In this document: positions 45,919 to 55,243 of the stretch, one piece after another
Layout of the letters: the number at the start of each line of letters is the position of its first letter
Position numbering within the stretch: position 1 is the first letter of the stretch
Source: a virus
Lineage: Duplodnaviria > Caudoviricetes
Virus record (IMG/VR): IMGVR_UViG_3300020125_000336
Coordinates: 1 to 58,688 of that record
DNA: 58,688 bases
Reading direction: 5' to 3' (one strand)
Notes under the pieces: generated by a model
Databases searched by the model: none
Told to the model about the DNA's origin: nothing
Seen by the model: only the letters and a program-made list of their open reading frames with translations
Position numbers and translations under genes: made by a program

Positions 45919-46355
45919 TTGGCCCTTTTCCTTCGCTGCCATTCGACGCTTAACCGCTTGGAGCACTCCTTGCAATGGGATCGAACTCCTCCCCATCGGC
46001 GTGGACTTTTGCTTTTGTAAAAGTCAGTCAGAGGCTTCGTAATGCGGCAACCAGGGCAAACCTTTTTGTCTTTAGGCAAGTCGTAAAACGAATCGCCAGG
46101 AAAACCAGCGTGCCTACAGTTGCAAGACATGCACAGAATTCGCCACTCGCCATTCCTGTCGTGCTGTAGTGTGATGACTGTTTTTGAGCCGTCCCTTTTG
46201 AACCAGTTCATCCTGTGCCCACAACACGGGCAGGCCATATTCTTCGGAATACTGGCAATAAGTTCTTTTTCAGATGGAACGGACTTGCCGTTGTATTTGG
46301 CGAGCGTCCTCATTCGGGAAACGCGCCATTTCTTAGGATTGGCTTCCGGGTTCAT
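45915..46355 (-). CDS. HNH/EndoVII-like zinc-binding endonuclease
   Basis: CPCCG...TLQHD...ILCMSCN and CPGC...KPLTDFYK...CKEC. Confidence 0.75.
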   Translation of the reverse strand: MNPEANPKKWRVSRMRTLAKYNGKSVPSEKELIASIPKNMACPCCGHRMNWFKRDGSKTVITLQHDRNGEWRILCMSCNCRHAGFPGDSFYDLPKDKKVCPGCRITKPLTDFYKSKSPRRWGGVRSHCKECSKRLSVEWQRRKRAK

Positions 46356-46599
46356 GGACAGTCGGCTTTGGTGGTGTCTCAAGTATCCTAATTAAGGCGT
46401 CAGCCATATCCGCCGCCGCGCCCATATTGCAGATCACTTGATCCTTGCGGTTGATTTGCACCAGCGCCACGGCGAAGTGGATCGCGAAATAATCACGAGT
46501 GCTCATGCGTGGAAGTCCGTCATCGGGTCCGGTAAGTGGGTTTTGATAGCTACTCATATCGTTTTTAAACTGCCTGTAGAGTCGTTCATGGTAGGTCAT
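46333..46599 (-). CDS. hypothetical protein
   Basis: MSTRDYFA...MADALI motif recalled from small phage proteins. Confidence 0.7.
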   Translation of the reverse strand: MTYHERLYRQFKNDMSSYQNPLTGPDDGLPRMSTRDYFAIHFAVALVQINRKDQVICNMGAAADMADALIRILETPPKPTVHEPGSQS

Positions 46600-46783
46600 T
46601 TTTGTGGTTGTTCATTCGGCGTTCGATTTCGATTAAAGCAAATTTATTTGGAAGGTGCGTTCCCTCTTCCCATCCCTGGTACGTGCGGATGCTGGCTCCA
46701 AGGATATTAGCAGCTTCCTTTTGTAGCCACTTGTTGCCGGTTCTCCACTTACGCAAAGCGGCTGCGAAATCCTCTCTGCTCAT
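46586..46783 (-). CDS. XRE-family HTH regulator
   Basis: LRKWR...QKEAANILGASIRTYQGWEEG..P; ATGA-coupled start at 46783. Confidence 0.88.
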   Translation of the reverse strand: MSREDFAAALRKWRTGNKWLQKEAANILGASIRTYQGWEEGTHLPNKFALIEIERRMNNHKNDLP

Positions 46784-47229
46784 AGATACTTTCTGGCAAT
46801 ACCTTTTCTTATCCTCCAAACGCACTGAAAAGTAACCGAATACTCTTTGGCCAAATCCCTCGTGGTTTTCGCGCTGCGTCTTATTTCAATTACCTGCTCG
46901 TCAGTCAGTTTTGAAAAATTGTTCTTGGGTCCAAGCAAGAGTTTGTGTCGGCCACGCGCAACCATGTCCATCATGTTTTGAGAATTGGTTTTTGCCTCGA
47001 TGTGATCGGGGCGAACACAGCGCGGGGTGTCGCATTTGTGGCAAACCTTTTTCCCCTCTGGAACCGGCCCATGGTGGATGATGTAAGAGGCAACGTGGGC
47101 CAAAATCTGTTTCCCGCCCATCGTTAAACGAGCGTAGATACCGCTTGGGGTTGCGCGTGAAATCCAGCATTCATCCCCAACGGCAACGGCCTCCCAAAAC
47201 CGCTTCAGGTCACTTGTGCTGAATGTCAT
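46780..47229 (-). CDS. HNH endonuclease with C-terminal HTH
   Basis: LAHVASY...VCHKCDTPRCVRPDHI...N. Confidence 0.92.
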   Translation of the reverse strand: MTFSTSDLKRFWEAVAVGDECWISRATPSGIYARLTMGGKQILAHVASYIIHHGPVPEGKKVCHKCDTPRCVRPDHIEAKTNSQNMMDMVARGRHKLLLGPKNNFSKLTDEQVIEIRRSAKTTRDLAKEYSVTFQCVWRIRKGIARKYL

Positions 47230-47325
47230 CCCGCCTCATTACGACTTTCTGCGTCCTCTTGTCTAGTAATTTCTTTCCTTTGTGATTTCCGCCTTTGGGA
47301 GTAAGACGGGATCGCTGGACATAAA

Positions 47326-47415
47326 GCGTTCGCAAACGCAGTGACGTAAAGCGGCTCGTCACCCGCTCAACTGAGAAGTTGATCTTCAAGACGTAGGTCA
47401 GGCTTCGTCTGCCTG
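47326..47415 (+). promoter_or_regulatory. structured 5' leader of the capsid gene with tandem H-type pseudoknots
   Basis: GTGACG/CGTCAC crossed with GCGG/CCGC; AGACG/CGTCT crossed with CAGGC/GCCTG; a TCAACT-GAGA-AGTTGA hairpin lies between them. Confidence 0.6.
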
Positions 47416-47454
47416 GAAAATTCCCGAACTAATTAACGAAACACTATATTTTTT

Positions 47455-48954
47455 ATGCCGCTCACGTCAGCGCAATGTCAGCAGTTTAACGATTTCCTTG
47501 GACGCCGCCCCTACGACTGGGACAAGCGGATCTCCAAAGACCGGAAGCCATTTAATTATCTCTATACCGGCATGTACCGGACAGAGACGTGGCCAAACTT
47601 CACCGGAACCACCCACCTCTATGAGCGAATCTACGTCACTCGCCCGAATGACCCGGGCCTGTGGACGCAATTCACCGCTGATCCGTGCGTGGGCAACCCG
47701 TGCGATGTCCCGCGTCAGTTCGTTGGGCACGGCGTGGATCAGCTGCGCTATGACCGTTACAAGCGGGAATACCAGACCCCGGTGTTCTGCTTGGACCAGC
47801 TGGATACGATTGAGGAAGGCATCGCCAAGATGGGCGCTATTGCCGAAGGCTACAAGGACCTGCCTGAGAATATCTGCTCCGACTTCCTGCGCTTGCTGAC
47901 GCTGCGCAAGGCTGGCACGGCAGCTCAAGGCGCTGGTCTGTTCCTTTGTGGCCCCCAGGATAGTTCGGGCAACCCCGTTGCTCTGGATGTCACCGAAAAC
48001 ATGTTCGGGGTTAATACCTCCACTACTGGCGGTGTTACGCAGAACTCGTTGTTCATCAACTTGAACGCCAACGGTGGATTGACGGCGCTGGGCTATGGCA
48101 CCACGCCGCTGCTTGCGGCTGCCCTGGGCCAGTTATCCATGGAATATCTCGCCAACGCGCAGGAAGACCTGGCGGCGAATGGCTACCATTCCAGGGATTG
48201 GCTCATGGACGGGAAGTTCAGCATCACCGTGGACGCCACCACCAGGCGGCGTTTGCTGGTTGCGAACCCCGCGCTCACGCAGATGTATTCGGCGGCTGAC
48301 TTCGCCAAAGGCGGGGCCTTCTACAGCTTCGGGGTCACCACCGGCTGCGGTGACTGGATGTTCAAAGAAGATAAACAACAGATGCGTTTTGGATTCCGCC
48401 AGGATTTGGACGGCAAAGACCTGAACGGCGTCACCCTGACCGGCGCTGTCTGGATTCAGCAGATTTGGCCCTATGAAAACGTGGCGGCGACCTACGGTCT
48501 GAAGCCCGTTTACTCCACTGCCTGGAAGAACGCGCCGGTGCGCCTCTATCACGTTTACAACCGGGACGCTCGCATTATCTACGTGGGTGACGTGACTTCG
48601 GTGAACGACGAAATGAAGTTCGGGCTCGCTCGCAGCTTCATGGGCAATTGGACGTGGAAGTCGCCTGAGTTCTTCCAGTACACGGACCCGAACACGGGCC
48701 TGACTTGCAGCATGCCGAACGATAAGCGCAACAAAGGCTATTGGCTCGGTGAATATGATTTGGCGGAAAAGACGATCTATCCTGAGATTGAACGTCTCAT
48801 TCTGGCGCTCGGTGAGCCCCAGCCGTACGTGCGGGTGCCTCGCACCAACACTGCGCCTACCGGCTCGGCCACTTACCAGAGCTTGCTGGCCTACAACTCG
48901 CTGTGCGGCGAGTATGTCCCGCCACCCGCGTTTGCCCTCCCTCCAGAGGACTAA
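47455..48954 (+). CDS. major capsid protein
   Basis: 499 aa with apparently strong codon bias, a long leader and a strong terminator after it; inferred from context, not from a motif. Confidence 0.75.
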   Translation: MPLTSAQCQQFNDFLGRRPYDWDKRISKDRKPFNYLYTGMYRTETWPNFTGTTHLYERIYVTRPNDPGLWTQFTADPCVGNPCDVPRQFVGHGVDQLRYDRYKREYQTPVFCLDQLDTIEEGIAKMGAIAEGYKDLPENICSDFLRLLTLRKAGTAAQGAGLFLCGPQDSSGNPVALDVTENMFGVNTSTTGGVTQNSLFINLNANGGLTALGYGTTPLLAAALGQLSMEYLANAQEDLAANGYHSRDWLMDGKFSITVDATTRRRLLVANPALTQMYSAADFAKGGAFYSFGVTTGCGDWMFKEDKQQMRFGFRQDLDGKDLNGVTLTGAVWIQQIWPYENVAATYGLKPVYSTAWKNAPVRLYHVYNRDARIIYVGDVTSVNDEMKFGLARSFMGNWTWKSPEFFQYTDPNTGLTCSMPNDKRNKGYWLGEYDLAEKTIYPEIERLILALGEPQPYVRVPRTNTAPTGSATYQSLLAYNSLCGEYVPPPAFALPPED

Positions 48955-48970
48955 TCGGCGAATCGGTAGG

Positions 48971-49002
48971 GGTGCGGGGCTTCGGCCCTGCACCTTTTAT
49001 TT
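48971..49002 (+). terminator. Rho-independent terminator
   Basis: GGTGCGGGGC-TTCG-GCCCTGCACC followed by TTTTATTT. Confidence 0.88.
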
Positions 49003-49013
49003 GGAACTAAATT

Positions 49014-49331
49014 ATGGCTTACGACGCTCCAGCAGGGGACCCACCCAATCCGGGCGCAATGATGGACCATGGTGCCATGCACGAAAATCACATGGAAGGT
49101 GGCATGCTGCACATCGGCCCCGACATGCTTCCCAAAGGGATGAAGCTCAACAAAGGGGACATCGTGGAATTCAAAGTCACCGGCGATCAGGATGCCGATG
49201 GCGATTGGCCCATCGAATATAACCACGGTGATAAAGGCGAAGAAGAAAAGGGCGAGTCCTGGGAGGAAGGTTTGATGAAACACATGTCGCCACGCTACGG
49301 TGGCGAGGAAGGTCAACAGGAAGCTTACTGA
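49014..49331 (+). CDS. small acidic His/Met-rich protein
   Basis: ORF after the capsid terminator; contains ESWEEGLMK. Confidence 0.75.
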   Translation: MAYDAPAGDPPNPGAMMDHGAMHENHMEGGMLHIGPDMLPKGMKLNKGDIVEFKVTGDQDADGDWPIEYNHGDKGEEEKGESWEEGLMKHMSPRYGGEEGQQEAY

Positions 49332-49334
49332 TTT

Positions 49335-49757
49335 ATGGCTATAACTCTCGAAACAATTGCAGCACCTGGGGCAACCCCCATTGCCAATAACGCGGCTTCG
49401 GCCAAGTCATTTGCCAACGACTACTCCAAGTTGATCAATCGGAATATTTCTTCCCAGGACCGGAAGATGATCAGCATTACCGGCCTGATCTACGAACTGG
49501 CGGCAGCTGGAGGCACAAACTACAAGTCGAACCACGCTGGGCTTCGCCAGGATGCCACGGTTTACACTGGAGGCATCCCTATGATCGATCTCGAAGTCGC
49601 AATGGCTGCGCTGGAATGGAATGCTGGCAGAGCTGCTGACGCAACGCTGTCAGCCGATGTTCCAGCCCTCATTGCCAGTGGACCCAAGCTGGATGCCAGT
49701 CCGGTTGATGCACTGGACAGAATCATCATCTTTCTGCGAGCCAAACTCGGAAAGTAA
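49335..49757 (+). CDS. putative virion protein, paralog of 39872..40345
   Basis: Ala-rich helical protein in the capsid operon. Confidence 0.75.
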   Translation: MAITLETIAAPGATPIANNAASAKSFANDYSKLINRNISSQDRKMISITGLIYELAAAGGTNYKSNHAGLRQDATVYTGGIPMIDLEVAMAALEWNAGRAADATLSADVPALIASGPKLDASPVDALDRIIIFLRAKLGK

Positions 49758-49760
49758 TTA

Positions 49761-50837
49761 ATGGCTTGTGACGCTGCAACTCTCGAAGCACTTTCCGTCC
49801 TGACCGATAAAAACACTCGGCTAAGCGACAGGGATCGGTTGATATGCCTGGCCAGTGTTTATGGTACTGCCGCAGGTTACGCCAACTCCCAGGTAGCGAT
49901 TAACGCAGCGTACGCCAATCTCTACCAAAGGCTCTCTGACCGGGATCTTCTCATGGCTTTTCAATCCCAAGTTTGCTCCTCCAGCGGCGTCGGAGGCGGC
50001 GGAAACGACCCACTGGTCACATCGTGGAATGCCAGAGCTATTGCCAACGGTTGTATTCCTTCGCAGGCAACCTTGAGCTGCCTTAACACTTTCTGTGTTG
50101 GTATCCGAGCGCAGACCTACTTCACCAAGCTGAAAAGCGTCAACTTCCTTTCGCCAGACAGTTTCCTATGCGCGATGACCCCGTTAATTGTGCACGCACA
50201 GGACGTGGGGTTTTGGAAGGCTCAGACAGGCGCTTTCCCTGCTGGTGGAAATACTATTGTTACTGGCTCTATCGCAGAACTTGGTCCACTGGGATTTCGA
50301 TCTGATTACCCGTTATCAGCCAGCCCAGGAAACAACAATTACAATCCTGCCGCGATCTTCGCCTCAAGAACTAGCTGGGGGGTCACTATTTACACGACCA
50401 CCAATGACGGTTTGCATGGTCCCCAGGGCATTTCATGGGGAGTAGACGATGGCGCTGATTACAACATGGGTTCCAATAATACCGGTGGGTTCACTGCCAT
50501 GTACGCCAATGACTCACCCACTGCGTTCTCAGCCGCGTTTAGTTTCTATGGATATTACTCCTTCAACGTAAGTGGCCCAAGCGCAAGAACTATTTATGCT
50601 GCCAACTCCACGCATGCCCATGCGGTTTTCACCAGTAGCGCAATAGCTCTCGGCGGAAACCTGCTCAGCAGACAATTTGCCTGGGCGGGTGTCAACGACA
50701 ACCTTGCGAACAATGGAGGCACGAGTAATTGGCACTCGTTTTTCGCCTTGCACGACCCACTGACTTTGGCTGAATCAGCTGATTTTTACACGCGCATTCA
50801 AACATTGAGAGTGTGCCTCGGAAGTGGATTTGTATAA
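49761..50837 (+). CDS. putative virion decoration protein with two LSDRD modules and a lectin-like C-terminus
   Basis: MACDA...LSDRD occurs twice, followed by a Gly linker and a beta-rich domain. Confidence 0.7.
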   Translation: MACDAATLEALSVLTDKNTRLSDRDRLICLASVYGTAAGYANSQVAINAAYANLYQRLSDRDLLMAFQSQVCSSSGVGGGGNDPLVTSWNARAIANGCIPSQATLSCLNTFCVGIRAQTYFTKLKSVNFLSPDSFLCAMTPLIVHAQDVGFWKAQTGAFPAGGNTIVTGSIAELGPLGFRSDYPLSASPGNNNYNPAAIFASRTSWGVTIYTTTNDGLHGPQGISWGVDDGADYNMGSNNTGGFTAMYANDSPTAFSAAFSFYGYYSFNVSGPSARTIYAANSTHAHAVFTSSAIALGGNLLSRQFAWAGVNDNLANNGGTSNWHSFFALHDPLTLAESADFYTRIQTLRVCLGSGFV

Positions 50838-50850
50838 CGAAAGGTATTTT

Positions 50851-51105
50851 ATGGCTTGTGACGCTCAATCTTTAATCAACACGGCATACGCCAATGGGTA
50901 CGCCAAACTTTCTGACCGGGATCTGCGCGAGTGCCTGCTGGCAGCCGCTTGCGCCGGTGGAGGTGGCGGCGGTGGTGGATCTGGCGCTGTGCTCCAAGAT
51001 GCCACGGGCAGTGCGCCACCCGATCCGACTAAACCGGCAATCTCCTTCCCAACTGGCGGCGGCGGAATCTCTGAGTGGGACGTGGCCTCGCAAACTTGGA
51101 TCTGA
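50851..51105 (+). CDS. small LSDRD-module protein
   Basis: MACDAQSLINTAYANGYAKLSDRDL, then a Gly linker; start at ATG 50851. Confidence 0.75.
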   Translation: MACDAQSLINTAYANGYAKLSDRDLRECLLAAACAGGGGGGGGSGAVLQDATGSAPPDPTKPAISFPTGGGGISEWDVASQTWI

Positions 51106-51107
51106 TT

Positions 51108-52547
51108 ATGAAAAAACTGCACCTGCTTCCTTGGCTTGGGCTCATGGTACTGCTCGTAGTGGCCTTCGTGCCAAGCTTGACGGACTTCAACACCAGTGAT
51201 TTCTCCACCACGGGCAACAAGGTCAGGTTCAACCCGGGCATGACGAACTACTGGACTTCCTTGGGAGGAGGCACCGGCATCGCCACCAACAACGGCACCG
51301 GATTGGGGAACACATTTACCAACGCCACGCTGTGGAACGGCACGAACCAAGGAAATGCATTTACCAGCCCTGGCTCAGGGGTAAATTCTGAACAATTCGG
51401 ACTGTCAGCCAATGCTTCCGGGACGAGTGCGACTGCTTTGGGATATTTGGCTGCGGCTACAAACATAGATTCCACTGCTCTGGGCAAGTCTTCTATCGCA
51501 GGCGAGTCGGCTACTGCTGTTGGATCACAGGCAAAAGCGACCGACCAGGGTGCTACCGCTATTGGACTAAGATCCACCGCCAGAGCCCCATTGAGTGTTG
51601 CCATTGGAGGATTGTCAGTTGTAGCTCCAACTCACACTCAAAGCATGGCTTTTGGATATACTGCCGCAACAACTACAAACAACCAGATCATGCTCGGCAC
51701 AGCCACGGAAACAGTGGTGTGTCCAGGCATACTCCAAGCACCGTTCATAACCGGCTTAAGTTCCAACAGCTTTTTCGGATTATTTAACGCCAATGGAGTG
51801 CTATTTATGGAAGCGACCAACAACGCCTTTTGGCTGACCAATGCTGGCGCAGCCATAGCCAGGCTTGATAGGCTTAGCGTTTCGGGCAATGAGACCAACA
51901 CCAGCTTCGGTGCCGGGGTTGTCCACTCTGACGCTAACGGAAAGAAATCATCGAGCGCAGTGGTAGAATCAGACTTAACCCTCAGCGCCAACACGACGGC
52001 AAACGTCACGACTAGCCAGCACGGATTTGCTCCCGTGCTTCCAAACGATGCAACAAAGTATCTGGATGGGACAGGCGCTTACAGTGTGCCTGCTGGCGGA
52101 TCTACTCCTTGGGTTAGACAGATATTAATGTGGAATAGTGGCGGGTCAGTTGTACTTAATAACACAACAACTTATGGTGCTTTGGCTGGAGGTTCTACTT
52201 GGTCCGGTTCAGGTGGATTCGGATCAGAAGCTATATCTGCTACTGTGGGTCCGGTTGGTGGCTATTTAAGTAATTTTACCGTCTTTATTGCTGCCAGCAC
52301 TGTTCCTTCATTGACCACAAACATAGTGTTTACTGTTCAAACCAATGCTCCACAGGCTAACTCTCCTACCTGTGTGGCCTCTCCTTTGGTTTGCACTCTT
52401 TTTGGAGGAGGATCAAGATTTACAAATGATACTGTCCACTCCGCAACCTCTCTTCCGAACGGAGGAACATTTGATGTAAAGGTAGTTACTACCAATAACG
52501 TAACAACCGCTGCCTATTCGTGGACTGTAGAGTGGTGGCACCAATGA
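51108..52547 (+). CDS. signal-peptide adhesin with YadA-like head repeats
   Basis: ATALG/STALG/ATAVG/ATAIG/SVAIG repeats about 14 aa apart; hydrophobic N-terminus from ATG 51108. Confidence 0.8.
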   Translation: MKKLHLLPWLGLMVLLVVAFVPSLTDFNTSDFSTTGNKVRFNPGMTNYWTSLGGGTGIATNNGTGLGNTFTNATLWNGTNQGNAFTSPGSGVNSEQFGLSANASGTSATALGYLAAATNIDSTALGKSSIAGESATAVGSQAKATDQGATAIGLRSTARAPLSVAIGGLSVVAPTHTQSMAFGYTAATTTNNQIMLGTATETVVCPGILQAPFITGLSSNSFFGLFNANGVLFMEATNNAFWLTNAGAAIARLDRLSVSGNETNTSFGAGVVHSDANGKKSSSAVVESDLTLSANTTANVTTSQHGFAPVLPNDATKYLDGTGAYSVPAGGSTPWVRQILMWNSGGSVVLNNTTTYGALAGGSTWSGSGGFGSEAISATVGPVGGYLSNFTVFIAASTVPSLTTNIVFTVQTNAPQANSPTCVASPLVCTLFGGGSRFTNDTVHSATSLPNGGTFDVKVVTTNNVTTAAYSWTVEWWHQ

Positions 52548-54955
52548 GGCTAAGCACTCTAACGTTTTTGTTGCTGCTGTTCTGCGAGTCGGCTTTCAGT
52601 CAGACATGCTCCAATCTATTTGTAACCTTTGAGGGCGGAACGAATGGAACGGTTGTTACACCCGCGCTTTTAAGTTCAAATACTTTTGGAAATCTTCAAG
52701 GTTATTGGGAAGTTGATCCGGGTGATGGTGGAATAACCGGATTCCCTGGCGGTTTAAAATGGTCCACCAATGCACAGCACGCATTATCCAGCTCGATAAG
52801 TGTTTGTGGCGACGGAACACAATCAGGTGCGGGAACTTTGGGGTTGCAAGCTTACAACACAACGAACAGTTCGTGGTCGCCTTGCCATTTCAATTTTAGC
52901 AATGCCGTATCCTACGTGACCGTTTCATGCTGGCTTTATTGGACAATGACCAATACGGCCAATTACGACATACTTGATGTTCATTACTCAAGCGGGGCCG
53001 TGGCCTATAACAACCTATTGCTTTCGACTCGTCCTACGTTTGCCTATATCCAAAGTGAAATCAGCGGGTGCGGGACATGTACCGATTATTTAACGAACTC
53101 TGTTGGGGATTACTCAACTCTCCCTCCATTCACCTGGTATTTTGCTAAGTTGACGTATGACGTAAGAACGAACTTCCCGAATATGTCTCTGGTATTAACA
53201 GATACCAACGGAGGACTAGTTGGAGCATATACCTGTTATCAGCCGTGTCCCGGCGGAACCTCAATGGCTCACGTATCGCTTGGTGTTTTCACGTCATCTT
53301 ATTTAACAAACGACCCGACTGCTTTTGTCTATGTTGATTCACTACTTATTGAGGTGGGAACCAATACTACAACGTGCCCTCACCCCACGAACGAAATAGC
53401 CTGCACTTATACAGCCCTGACTAACGCCATCGCCTGCGCCCAGGAAGGCGACACGATTCTGATAGACCCTGGCACAGCTACCATTCTTGACACGATCAAT
53501 ATTAATGCTGAGGTGAGCTACCACATCAAAGGATCTGGAACTAACAGCACCATACTGGTTGCGGATAGTGGGGTAGGTACTGTGTTTAATATTTCATCGA
53601 ACAGCGCCAACATGATGACGGTTTCGGATATGACGTGTTCCGAGACAGGAGCTGGGAATATATTTTTCTCTGTAGGACCAAACAACCCCGGCACTCCGCT
53701 GGCTGGCTACGTTCGGCTCTACAACCTGAGCCTGACAAACATGCTATTTTACGGCATGAGTATTGGCTCGTCCGACTCATATACTTTGGTTGATCATTGC
53801 AATTTCGTTGTCGCTCCCGGCGCTACTAATTGGAATTGCGTGGTGGTTTATGGCAACCAATGGTTCTCTTGGTCCACGAACGGCAACCAGCTGGGGACCA
53901 TTCGACAGAACGTGGTCGAGGACTGCTCGTTCCTGAATAACTCCGGCAATGTGGGAAATGGGTTCTTTGACGGCTACAACGGCGGAGCACTGACTTGGAG
54001 GCACAACCTTTGTGACGGCAACGCCGCCACAGGAAACCACGGCTACGACTCGGCAGTTACTTCCATGAAGTCCATGGAGGTGTACAACAACATCTTCACG
54101 AACATTGACAACCTGTGTTTTGGGAGCCGTGGCGGTGCGTGGCTCTTTTTCAGCAACACGGTTTACGGGCTTAATCCTTCGAGTGGTGGACAGGGGAACA
54201 TGGGTCCTGGCTTCGATTACTACCGGGCTGTGGCCGTGGTTCCGAGCGTGCAGCAGACCTTGGGCTATCCTGGCCTAACGTTTACCAATAGCTATTCCAC
54301 AAACTGGACTGACGGAACGGATTTGCAGATTGGCTTCTCTCATTATACGCTTTACAGCAGCATTACGACTGGAGGCCACCAGAACGTATCCGGGGCCGTG
54401 CTCATCGGCTCCGACCTGCCTCACACCATGACCAATCTCGTGGCGTGCCTGAATGCGGATACTGGGGCCGGTTCAGTTTACACCGCCATTTCGACCAACG
54501 CCTACCCCATCGGGAAGTCTCCGAATAACGACGTGAGCTGCCACACCGACAGCACCGGGACCAACCTTTACATGCTCAACAAGCTGGACGGCACCAACGT
54601 CTATTCCGGCTCCATCGCCGGTTATCCGGCTGCGATGGCTCCGGGCGTGCTGACCATGAGCTTTCGCACGAATTATCCCGCGCCGGTGGTTTATCCCATG
54701 TTCCAATGGAGCAATGTGTTACATTATTCCGATGCAGTGGTTACCAACATCGTTTGGGTGGACAGATTTGAAGGCGACAGCCACGTGCCGAATTATTCCA
54801 CCAATCTCCTCCAGCGAAACCGGGACTTCTTTGACGCCATGATCGCCACCAATTACACGCCGTTGCAGTATCCCGATCCCTTAACCGGCAACACTAATCC
54901 GCCTCCGACGGCGCTCCGTGCTTCGTTTGTTGGCAGAAATCTACAACTGAAGTGA
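52544..54955 (+). CDS. signal-peptide lectin plus parallel beta-helix protein
   Basis: Signal peptide, AIACAQEGDTILIDPG cap, VDHC/VVEDC repeats and YTPLQYPDPL; related to 27663..28901. Confidence 0.8.
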   Translation: MRLSTLTFLLLLFCESAFSQTCSNLFVTFEGGTNGTVVTPALLSSNTFGNLQGYWEVDPGDGGITGFPGGLKWSTNAQHALSSSISVCGDGTQSGAGTLGLQAYNTTNSSWSPCHFNFSNAVSYVTVSCWLYWTMTNTANYDILDVHYSSGAVAYNNLLLSTRPTFAYIQSEISGCGTCTDYLTNSVGDYSTLPPFTWYFAKLTYDVRTNFPNMSLVLTDTNGGLVGAYTCYQPCPGGTSMAHVSLGVFTSSYLTNDPTAFVYVDSLLIEVGTNTTTCPHPTNEIACTYTALTNAIACAQEGDTILIDPGTATILDTININAEVSYHIKGSGTNSTILVADSGVGTVFNISSNSANMMTVSDMTCSETGAGNIFFSVGPNNPGTPLAGYVRLYNLSLTNMLFYGMSIGSSDSYTLVDHCNFVVAPGATNWNCVVVYGNQWFSWSTNGNQLGTIRQNVVEDCSFLNNSGNVGNGFFDGYNGGALTWRHNLCDGNAATGNHGYDSAVTSMKSMEVYNNIFTNIDNLCFGSRGGAWLFFSNTVYGLNPSSGGQGNMGPGFDYYRAVAVVPSVQQTLGYPGLTFTNSYSTNWTDGTDLQIGFSHYTLYSSITTGGHQNVSGAVLIGSDLPHTMTNLVACLNADTGAGSVYTAISTNAYPIGKSPNNDVSCHTDSTGTNLYMLNKLDGTNVYSGSIAGYPAAMAPGVLTMSFRTNYPAPVVYPMFQWSNVLHYSDAVVTNIVWVDRFEGDSHVPNYSTNLLQRNRDFFDAMIATNYTPLQYPDPLTGNTNPPPTALRASFVGRNLQLK

Positions 54956-54958
54956 CCT

Positions 54959-55243
54959 ATGATACAGAACCTGCTAACAAATTGGAAAACCACATCGGCT
55001 GGCATGACCATGCTGATTGGAGCCTGGGTCCACATGGCCTTTGCTCTGAATTCCCATACAGCCACTGAGACGGATTGGACTACGACCTTGGTAGCCACCG
55101 TTGCCGGGATTGGGCTGATAGCCGCTGGTGATGCCGGGACCAGTGTTCCCAAGTCCGACATACCAGCACTCAAGCAAGACGTGGCAAAAGCCATTGAAAC
55201 CAACGATACCACAACCCTTAAAAAGACGGATATTAAACCATGA
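54959..55243 (+). CDS. holin-like membrane protein
   Basis: NWKTTSAG...GLIAAGD with two hydrophobic segments. Confidence 0.65.
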   Translation: MIQNLLTNWKTTSAGMTMLIGAWVHMAFALNSHTATETDWTTTLVATVAGIGLIAAGDAGTSVPKSDIPALKQDVAKAIETNDTTTLKKTDIKP

